A stretch of 11,789 nucleotides of DNA. Source: Candidatus Rifleibacteriota bacterium. Its GTDB lineage: Bacteria > Muiribacteriota > Ozemobacteria > Ozemobacterales > Ozemobacteraceae. The stretch covers positions 2,776-14,564 of the forward strand of contig JBNJGH010000085.1 in assembly GCA_051747585.1 (NCBI GenBank), read 5' to 3'. Made by a program: the position numbers and the translations under genes. Positions 1 to 6,540 of this stretch are shown here, piece after piece (within the stretch, counting starts at the first letter, position 1; every line of letters begins with the position of its first letter). The notes below the pieces were generated by a model, which worked only from the letters and a program-made list of their open reading frames with translations, was not told the origin of the DNA and made no database searches.

Positions 1-21
1 TTCGACTTCGCTCAACCACCG
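1..21. repeat. Possible half of a REP-like dispersed palindromic element (TTCGACTTCGCTCAACCACCG), truncated by the window edge
   Basis: From memory it resembles the CTTCGAC..CGCTCA..ACC family of intergenic REP-like repeats. The partner arm would lie upstream, outside the window, so this cannot be verified here. Confidence 0.4.
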
Positions 22-196
22 ATATATATTAATTCAAATTGCCTTATTCGCCTTATTCTTAGTGGCCTTCGTGGCTTTGTGGCTCTGTGTGAGGCGAAAA
101 ATATTCGATTACGATTACGAGCACGAGCACGATTACGAAAACGAAAACGAAAACGAGAACGAGCAAGACAACGACAACGACAACGACAACGATTAA
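2..196 (+). CDS. Possible 3' end of a gene entering from the left (membrane anchor + acidic low-complexity tail); may be non-coding
   Basis: Frame 2 is open from the window start to TAA 194-196: STSLNHRYILIQIALFALFLVAFVALWLCVRRKIFDYDYEHEHDYENENENENEQDNDNDNDND*. It ends 15 bp before the stop of the convergent gene. No start codon can be confirmed in the window. Confidence 0.3.
   Translation, partial: STSLNHRYILIQIALFALFLVAFVALWLCVRRKIFDYDYEHEHDYENENENENEQDNDNDNDND
41..93. repeat. Short tandem repeats: GCCTTATTC x2 (41-58), then degenerate 8-9 bp units CTTAGTGGC/CTTCGTGGC/TTTGTGGC/TCTGTGTG (58-91)
   Basis: Read directly from the sequence. Confidence 0.75.
106..195. repeat. Degenerate hexamer tandem array, 15 x CGANNA
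   Basis: Units in order: CGATTA x2, CGAGCA x2, CGATTA, CGAAAA x3, CGAGAA, CGAGCA, AGACAA, CGACAA x3, CGATTA. The 6-bp phase is unbroken over 90 bp, and only one unit deviates from CGA. Confidence 0.95.
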
Positions 197-211
197 ATTT
201 AGAGGGCAGGG

Positions 212-2173
212 TTATTGCAAAGAGGTTTTGATAAAGGCAATATCGTTACTTAACTGCTGTTGCAGTTTTTCAAGACTTTTGTCGGTATAAAAATGAGCGA
301 CAGACTTATCGATGCTATAATCATTTGCTACAGTAGCAAGCCAGCTGAGATTACCATTATCGGAAAGATCAAAAAGACTCATAAATTTTTCATGTCTCAC
401 TATCAGTCTGCCGGTTACCGACTCATCAATCTGCAAAAGCGGATAAGATCGTTTCTTTTGGAGTGATTGGCCCCATGCATTTTCTATTTTTATACCGGTC
501 TGATTGGCAAGAATCGGCAGCACATCAGAATGAGTTGTCGGAGTTTTTACTTCTTCGGGCTGAATACCGGCACCGAGCATAAAAGTCGGTACAGCAAACT
601 GATAAATATGCGGTCCCGTCGAATGAGCAAAGAAGCCTGCTTCACCAAGTGATTCGCCATGATCACCCATTAATAAAAATATGGTATTAGAAAATGCATC
701 GCTGTTCTCAAGCTCTTTAAAGAATTTTTCAAGCATTGCATCTGTATAGGCAACCGCATTTTTGTATCTGTTTTGCACTTTTTTAACATTATCAGGGGTT
801 GGATTGATCAAAAACAAATTGGCCCTGGAATCAAGCACGGGCCTGAATTTTTCATATTCATCGGGGTAATAATAGTTAAAATGGGTATTGAAAAAATATA
901 CCAGAACAGCTTTTTTACCGGGCTTTTTTAACAAGTCTGCCGTCTTTTTGAGCAATATTCCGGCATCTTGAGATTTATCTTCAATTTGAGGCTCGATCAA
1001 CTGCTGCCCCCAGCGAAAATCATTGGGAAAAGTCGAATATTTTGCGGCCTTAAGCAAAAAAGTTTTGTAGCCGTTTTCAACCAGAAACTCATGAAAATTC
1101 ACTTGCGGCTTTTTGCCTATTGTCCTGAAAGCATGATTAATTGGAAAACTTGAATTAAAAATTGAATGAAAGCTGCTGGCAGAAATATTTGAAACGGAAT
1201 AATGGTCGGTTAAATTGATTCCCCTGCCTGCGAGCTTACGACAGAATGGCATATAGCGATTAAATTCCTGACGTCGTAAAGATTCAACCAGAATAATTAC
1301 AATGTCTGGCTTTGCAAAATCATCTGAGGGAGCCAATGAAACCTGGGGGTAAATTTTGTTCTCATTAATCTCAATTTTTTGATCGATGAGCTTTTGCATT
1401 TTTTTGTTCTTATTTAAAGCAGGATGAAGCGGAACAGGCAAAGAGCCAAGTTCGAGTCTGACCGGCAAATAATAAGGCAAAGGTACATTTCTGCAGACAA
1501 AAGAAAAAAGCTGAAAATGAATAAATAAAACAACGGCAGATGCAAAAATAAAAGTTTTTTCGAATCGTTCCGAGTTTGACCGCGAACAAGGCAGTATAAA
1601 TCCGACAAAGGGCAACAAACAATAATAAAGAGTTTGAAAGATTACTTCGAGCAACTGCTGGCCCGTGTGTTTCGAAGAGTCCACTACCAGCGCGGCGACT
1701 TTTGAAAGCTCAATTAAAAGCTTAAAGCTTATATGGGTTTTAGTTACCAGATAGATTCTTTGGTCGAGAAAAAGATAAAGAATAGTCAGGAGATTGAAAA
1801 GCAAAAATACCCAGCCAATCCCGGCAATTTTTTTAAGCAAAAAGTTCTGAACAAAAAATACAACGGTAATTAGAAAAAGAAAAAGAAGCATATACCAGGC
1901 AATGACGCCGGCGTCGGCACCCAGTTGATAAATTTCTGCTACTAACAAAATGAGAAGCGAGAACTTTACCAGGGAAAAACTGTTCAAAGAGCTTTTATAG
2001 AGAACAAAAGCCAGAATTAAAACCATCAGGCTTAATATAATAGAAGGGCCGGTATTATTTATTAGATGCAGAGCATTTGCCGGAGAAACCAGACCGAGCA
2101 GGTTTAACCCCAGAACTGCTATTGCAAGCAGCTGAAAAAATACAACACCGGAAAATTTGTTTTCTTGCTTCAT
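212..2173 (-). CDS. Membrane-anchored sulfatase-like hydrolase/transferase (alkaline phosphatase superfamily; YejM/PbgA- or LTA-synthase-like), 653 aa
   Basis: About 230 aa of N-terminal multi-TM hydrophobic sequence, then superfamily motifs DIVIILVESLR, HYSVSNIS (nucleophile region), NTHFNY, YKNAVAYTD, MGDHGESLGE and THSDVLP. GGGAG lies at 2187-2191 on the minus strand. Confidence 0.85.
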   Translation of the reverse strand: MKQENKFSGVVFFQLLAIAVLGLNLLGLVSPANALHLINNTGPSIILSLMVLILAFVLYKSSLNSFSLVKFSLLILLVAEIYQLGADAGVIAWYMLLFLFLITVVFFVQNFLLKKIAGIGWVFLLFNLLTILYLFLDQRIYLVTKTHISFKLLIELSKVAALVVDSSKHTGQQLLEVIFQTLYYCLLPFVGFILPCSRSNSERFEKTFIFASAVVLFIHFQLFSFVCRNVPLPYYLPVRLELGSLPVPLHPALNKNKKMQKLIDQKIEINENKIYPQVSLAPSDDFAKPDIVIILVESLRRQEFNRYMPFCRKLAGRGINLTDHYSVSNISASSFHSIFNSSFPINHAFRTIGKKPQVNFHEFLVENGYKTFLLKAAKYSTFPNDFRWGQQLIEPQIEDKSQDAGILLKKTADLLKKPGKKAVLVYFFNTHFNYYYPDEYEKFRPVLDSRANLFLINPTPDNVKKVQNRYKNAVAYTDAMLEKFFKELENSDAFSNTIFLLMGDHGESLGEAGFFAHSTGPHIYQFAVPTFMLGAGIQPEEVKTPTTHSDVLPILANQTGIKIENAWGQSLQKKRSYPLLQIDESVTGRLIVRHEKFMSLFDLSDNGNLSWLATVANDYSIDKSVAHFYTDKSLEKLQQQLSNDIAFIKTSLQ

Positions 2174-2196
2174 TTAATCAGTTTAACTCCCGCCAG

Positions 2197-2208
2197 TTAT
2201 TATAGCGC
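2197..2208 (-). promoter_or_regulatory. Candidate -10 element (TATAAT within GCGCTATAATAA) for the sulfatase-like gene
   Basis: Perfect TATAAT at 2199-2204 on the minus strand, about 25 bp upstream of the ATG. No convincing -35 is present. Confidence 0.45.
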
Positions 2209-2235
2209 AAATTTCGGCTTTAATTTTTTTTATTG

Positions 2236-2264
2236 TTGCTCAATAAAAGAATCGCTGTTAAATT
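2236..2264 (+). promoter_or_regulatory. Candidate sigma70-type promoter for the LptA-like gene
   Basis: TTGCTC (2236-2241), a 17-bp spacer and TAAATT (2259-2264), with an extended -10 TG at 2256-2257. Confidence 0.4.
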
Positions 2265-2269
2265 TAACA
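2256..2269. promoter_or_regulatory. Perfect 14-bp palindrome TGTTAAATTTAACA, candidate operator
   Basis: Exact inverted symmetry, located in the divergent intergenic region and overlapping the candidate -10. Confidence 0.35.
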
Positions 2270-2301
2270 CAGCTTTGCAACAGTTTACCCAGCATAAAAA
2301 C

Positions 2302-3018
2302 ATGAAAAATTTTCTAATTCTTATAAGTTTTATCCTGATTTTAAGTTATTCAGCCGCCCAGGCTGCTAAACCCGACCCTGCCTTGATAACAGAGCCGGCA
2401 AGTAGCACCTTTCACATACCCGAAGAAAAGCCGGACATTGTTATTACTGCAAATACACTGACAATAAAGAATGATCTGGCTTATCTCGAAGGCAATGTAA
2501 AAGCCACCAGAGCCAACGACCTGTTAACCTGTAACCGGGCAATAGTCAGCCAGAAACCCCAATGGGTTATAGCCAGTCTTACTCCGAAGCTTTACCGCAA
2601 GGAATCACTGGCGGAACAAAAGCTGACCAGAGAAATGCACCTGGAGGCCCGTAATATTTTTTATAATGTCGATGAGGGGAAATTCAATGCTTCGAACAGT
2701 GTAAACCTTCGTCTTGAAGAGCGATCATGGGATCTGGCTACTTATTCATGGGTAATAATTTCATCTGATGAGATGGTTGGTTATAAAGAAAGCAATCGCC
2801 TTATCTTCAGCGGCAACGTCAAAATTAAAGACAAAGATCACTTCGGGCGCGGGAACCGCCTGGATTACCTGAAAGACACCAATACTGCAGTATTGTCGGG
2901 CAACGCCTTCGTCGAGACCCAGGAGCTTAATGAAAAAACAGGTAAAATGGAAAAAAGAATTCTAGAGGGAGACAAAATTACTTATAACACCAAAACCAGG
3001 GAGGCAACCTCTCAATAG
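2302..3018 (+). CDS. LptA/OstA-family (beta-jellyroll) exported protein, probably LPS/lipid transport, 238 aa
   Basis: ATG 2302 gives a typical signal peptide MKNFLILISFILILSYSAAQA. OstA-like segments include IVITANTL..LEGNVKA..LTCNRAIV, IISSDEM..LIFSGNVKI..GRGNRLDY..AVLSGNAFV and LEGDKITYN. Confidence 0.75.
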   Translation: MKNFLILISFILILSYSAAQAAKPDPALITEPASSTFHIPEEKPDIVITANTLTIKNDLAYLEGNVKATRANDLLTCNRAIVSQKPQWVIASLTPKLYRKESLAEQKLTREMHLEARNIFYNVDEGKFNASNSVNLRLEERSWDLATYSWVIISSDEMVGYKESNRLIFSGNVKIKDKDHFGRGNRLDYLKDTNTAVLSGNAFVETQELNEKTGKMEKRILEGDKITYNTKTREATSQ

Positions 3019-3022
3019 ACTG

Positions 3023-3052
3023 TTGCCATAATTCGTATTTTCAGGTTATACT
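3023..3052 (+). promoter_or_regulatory. Candidate sigma70-type promoter for the helicase-tsaEBD-mutL-miaA cluster
   Basis: TTGCCA (3023-3028), an 18-bp spacer and TATACT (3047-3052), about 100 bp upstream of the helicase ATG. Confidence 0.5.
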
Positions 3053-3151
3053 TAAAACCGCATTAAAAGCTATATATGCAGCAACTTTTATAGAAGTCTC
3101 AACTTCTGAAAATCTAATCAACAGCAGCTCAAGGATTTATAATTACAGCTT

Positions 3152-5455
3152 ATGGATTTAAACGTTAAATATCGCGATTTTGTTCTTGATAAATTTCAAA
3201 TACAGGCAATAACCGAACTCGAAAACGGACACTCTCTGGTTTTATCTGCCCCGACCGGTTCAGGAAAAACTCTGGTGGCAGAGTATCTAATCGAACAAGT
3301 TTTAAAAACAGACCAGCGCATAATTTACACTTCACCTATAAAAGCGCTTTCCAACCAGAAGTATCGAGATTTTTCAACTCTCTACGGCGACAAGGTTGGA
3401 ATTTTAACCGGTGACGTTGTTATAAATCGCGATGCTCAGGCCCTTATCGTCACCACCGAAGTTTATCGCAATATGGCCATTGAAGATCCGCAGGCCATAG
3501 CAGACGTATCTTACGTCGTTTTTGACGAAATCCACTACCTGGGCGACATCGAACGAGGAACAGTCTGGGAAGAATCAATTATTTTTTCACCCAAATCGAT
3601 GCGTTTTCTTGCTCTCTCTGCGACCATACCCAATTGTGACGAACTCGCCCGCTGGATAGAATCTGTAATTGATCACCAGGTAAAAGTTATTCATCACCAG
3701 AAACGCGCTGTTCCACTCGCTTTTCAATTTTATTACAAAAAAAGCATAATGAATTTCAAAGAGCTGAGAAAACGGGCAAAAAATCAGTCTGAAAAAGACT
3801 TCAGGGGACGTAAGCGAAGATTCAACAAAAAGGAAAATGAATTTCGATATCTTGACATACTTAAGCAGCTCAAATCTCAAGATAAGCTGCCATTGCTTTA
3901 CTTTGTTTTTTCAAGAGCACTGGCAGACAAACTCGCTCAGGATACAGCCCGCAGACTTGATATGACTACACCAGCGCAAAAAGAGCGAATCGAGTCGATG
4001 GTAGATAACTGCATCGAAAAATACCAACTTCACAACCTCGAGACTGCACAAAAAATGAAAGAAGAGCTTGTTAAAGGAGTCGGCAGGCACCATGCAGGTT
4101 TGTTACCGCAACTTAAGGAACTTGTAGAAGTTTTATTTGCCGAACGAATTTTAAAAGTTCTTTATGTTACCGAAACCTTTGCCGTAGGCGTAAATATGCC
4201 GGCCCGCAGCGTTGCTTATGACGCACTCAGGAAGTATGACGGACGCAGTTTCAGAGCCATGCACGCACTCGAGTTCTGCCAGATCTCAGGGCGAGCCGGT
4301 CGCCGGGGAATTGACAAATTTGGTTGGGTAATAGTTCCGCATGAACCCCGTGATTTATCGGTTTCTGAGCTCAAAGACCTTGTTTATGGCGACATAGAGC
4401 CTCTAACCAGCCAATTTGATCTTTCGTTTAACAGCGTTTTAAACCTCTATTCAGGACACAAAAGCGAAGAGGTAAGAACTATTTTAAAGCGAAATTTCGC
4501 CCAGTTTCAGGCCAACAAAAAGTTGCCTTATTTAATGGACAAGGTAAATAAAATCAGAGCAGATATCGAAAAGGTGCAGCCCAGATGCCCGGAAAAGAAA
4601 AACGACCTGGATGAGTTCATGAAGTTTCAGAAAAAGCGCAAACAGATTTTAAATAAAATGGCTCGCGATCTTGATTCCACCCAGAAAGGGCTTTATGGGA
4701 AAAAAGGACGACGCTATAAAAAAGAAATGGAACAACACTTAAGCGGCACTCACAAGGAACTTAAACTAGAAGAAAAAGAATTTATCTGCGGAAATTGCAA
4801 AAACAGATCAAAATGCGTTTCAAGATATTATCAAGCTGCCAGATTAACAAAAAAACTCAACTACTGGCGCGAAAAACTGGAAGAACAGCAAGAGCTTCAA
4901 CTTCCTTTATACGAAAGCAAACTCGAGACCTTGAGGCAACTTGGTTATATAGATGACAACGGCCTTCTAGCGCGCGGAGAAATTGCCAGCCGAATACATA
5001 CCGAAGAAATTACGGTGACAGAATTATATTTTCAGGGTTATTTTCATGAATGCACTCCCGAAGAAATTAACGCAATCTGCCTGGGCCTCGTATACGAACA
5101 TAGAAGACGCGGCTCGAACAGTGACGAAAAGAGACCCAGAGCAAGAATTCCCGAAAAAGTTAGAAGTGCCCGGGGATTTGTAAACAGCCTGGTACGCCAA
5201 CATCCATTCATAAAGCCACTTGATGTAAGACTTTCTCATATAATGACCGCCTGGTGTGATGGAGAAGATTTCGAAGACATCATGAAACATTGCGAAATTC
5301 CAGAAGGTGATTTAATTAGAATTTTCAGGCAGGTAATAGATCTGCTGCGTCAAATGCGCGATGCGATTAAAGACCAAAGCCTGAGAAGCAAGCTTTTAAC
5401 CTGTCTGGATATGTTAAACCGTGACATTGTTCTTGCAACTGAACTCAGAGACTGA
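3152..5455 (+). CDS. Ski2/HelY-like superfamily II DExH-box RNA helicase with DSHCT-like C-terminal domain, 767 aa
   Basis: LDKFQ (Q motif), APTGSGKT (I), YTSPIKALSNQKY (Ia), LTGD, FDEIH (II), RGTVWEE, LSAT (III), FVFSR (IV), HHAGLLP, TETFAVGVNMPAR (V), QISGRAGRRG (VI), and C-terminal W..G..F...EGDLIR.....DLLRQ...RDIV. Confidence 0.93.
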   Translation: MDLNVKYRDFVLDKFQIQAITELENGHSLVLSAPTGSGKTLVAEYLIEQVLKTDQRIIYTSPIKALSNQKYRDFSTLYGDKVGILTGDVVINRDAQALIVTTEVYRNMAIEDPQAIADVSYVVFDEIHYLGDIERGTVWEESIIFSPKSMRFLALSATIPNCDELARWIESVIDHQVKVIHHQKRAVPLAFQFYYKKSIMNFKELRKRAKNQSEKDFRGRKRRFNKKENEFRYLDILKQLKSQDKLPLLYFVFSRALADKLAQDTARRLDMTTPAQKERIESMVDNCIEKYQLHNLETAQKMKEELVKGVGRHHAGLLPQLKELVEVLFAERILKVLYVTETFAVGVNMPARSVAYDALRKYDGRSFRAMHALEFCQISGRAGRRGIDKFGWVIVPHEPRDLSVSELKDLVYGDIEPLTSQFDLSFNSVLNLYSGHKSEEVRTILKRNFAQFQANKKLPYLMDKVNKIRADIEKVQPRCPEKKNDLDEFMKFQKKRKQILNKMARDLDSTQKGLYGKKGRRYKKEMEQHLSGTHKELKLEEKEFICGNCKNRSKCVSRYYQAARLTKKLNYWREKLEEQQELQLPLYESKLETLRQLGYIDDNGLLARGEIASRIHTEEITVTELYFQGYFHECTPEEINAICLGLVYEHRRRGSNSDEKRPRARIPEKVRSARGFVNSLVRQHPFIKPLDVRLSHIMTAWCDGEDFEDIMKHCEIPEGDLIRIFRQVIDLLRQMRDAIKDQSLRSKLLTCLDMLNRDIVLATELRD

Positions 5456-5459
5456 CAAA

Positions 5460-5894
5460 ATGACTAACAGCCAGGAAACCCATTCTCCCGAAGATACCAT
5501 AAAACTTGCCGCTGACCTCGCTCGACAGTATAAAAATTGTCTGGTTCTGCTTAAAGGGCCCATGGGCTCAGGAAAAACAGTATTTTGCAAAGGGTTTGCA
5601 TCTGGGCTGGGCATAGCTCGGCAGGTTTCGAGTCCGACCTATACAATCATGAACGAATATCGCAGCGACGGCTATTGTCTGTATCATCTTGACCTATACC
5701 GGATCAACAGCCTTGAAGAAGTTATAGATACAGGCCTGTTCGAGATTCTGGAATCTAATGATCCCTGCCTGGTTGAATGGCCCGAAAGAGTTTCAGAGCT
5801 TGAGAATCTACCTCATCTTGCGGTAAATTTTTATACCGACATGGCTAATGAAGTTGAATATCGAAAAATAACCTGGGAATGGAAAAATAGATAA
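5460..5894 (+). CDS. tsaE: tRNA threonylcarbamoyladenosine (t6A) biosynthesis ATPase TsaE
   Basis: P-loop GPMGSGKT, SSPTYTIMNEY, YHLDLYR and LVEW. ATG 5460 lies 4 nt after the helicase stop and is preferred to the overlapping GTG at 5421. Confidence 0.95.
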   Translation: MTNSQETHSPEDTIKLAADLARQYKNCLVLLKGPMGSGKTVFCKGFASGLGIARQVSSPTYTIMNEYRSDGYCLYHLDLYRINSLEEVIDTGLFEILESNDPCLVEWPERVSELENLPHLAVNFYTDMANEVEYRKITWEWKNR

Positions 5895-5895
5895 A

Positions 5896-6540
5896 ATGAA
5901 TTATCTTTTTATTGATGGTTCGGGCAAAGATACCTTTGTGCAGGCCGGTAACAATGAAGAATTTACCGGTAAAACCTTTGCCACCAATAGAAATCTCGCA
6001 GCAAGAATCAGCGAAATCAGCGAAGAAATTCTTGAAGCTGCAAAGATCGATAAAACCCGGATAGATGTTTTTGCAGTATGCACAGGCCCCGGTAGCTTAA
6101 CAGGCTTAAGGGTCGCTAACAGTTTCCTTCGCAGCGCCTCTTATGTTTTTTCCAAGCCACTGATTGGAATCGATCTTTTCAGCTGGACCTACCAAAGCCT
6201 TAAAGCACAAGGTTTCAACCAGCAAGCACGACTTATTATTCCGGCGCTTATTAACAAAGCTTTTATTTGTAAAATTGACTTAAGTGCTGAGACAAATACC
6301 TTTAAACCAGAGCCTTTTCTGGCTGACAACAGACAACCGGGAAATGACTTGAAGAATTTTGGCATACGCTGGGAATCAGAGGGAATTCAAAAAATTGAAC
6401 CCGATTCTCAAACTTTACACAACATGATTGTAGAAATGGCAAACAAAGCAACTTACAGCATTGAAAACGTTTTAAAGGTTCTTCCCATGTATGTTATTCC
6501 TTCTCAGGCAGAACGAAAGCTGGAGCAAAAAAAATGTTAA
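5896..6540 (+). CDS. tsaB: t6A biosynthesis protein TsaB (divergent)
   Basis: YLFIDGS, TGPGSLTGLRV, KPLIGI and C-terminal PMYVIPSQAE. Located between tsaE and tsaD. Confidence 0.88.
   Translation: MNYLFIDGSGKDTFVQAGNNEEFTGKTFATNRNLAARISEISEEILEAAKIDKTRIDVFAVCTGPGSLTGLRVANSFLRSASYVFSKPLIGIDLFSWTYQSLKAQGFNQQARLIIPALINKAFICKIDLSAETNTFKPEPFLADNRQPGNDLKNFGIRWESEGIQKIEPDSQTLHNMIVEMANKATYSIENVLKVLPMYVIPSQAERKLEQKKC

Noticed and set aside
106..195. CRISPR array
   Set aside because: The period is 6 bp with no 23-47 bp repeats or unique spacers, and no cas genes are in the window.
1..231. Frame-1 open reading frame with alternating Arg residues
   Set aside because: Openness follows largely from the CGANNA repeat. 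It uses CGA almost throughout, overlaps the convergent gene's end and has no recognisable features.
2233..2301. TTG start at 2233 for the LptA-like gene
   Set aside because: ATG 2302 gives a clean signal peptide, and the extension overlaps the candidate promoter.
3092..3107. Hairpin AGAAGT-CTCA-ACTTCT as a terminator
   Set aside because: The 6-bp AT-rich stem is weak and has no U-tract.
3152..5455. Helicase as an anti-phage defence gene (Ski2-like domains occur in Hachiman/Hna-type systems)
   Set aside because: It has HelY/DSHCT architecture, is tightly coupled to core genes, and has no partner defence genes or mobility signs nearby.
5421..5459. GTG start at 5421 for tsaE
   Set aside because: It overlaps the helicase by 35 nt. 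ATG 5460 gives a normal TsaE length.
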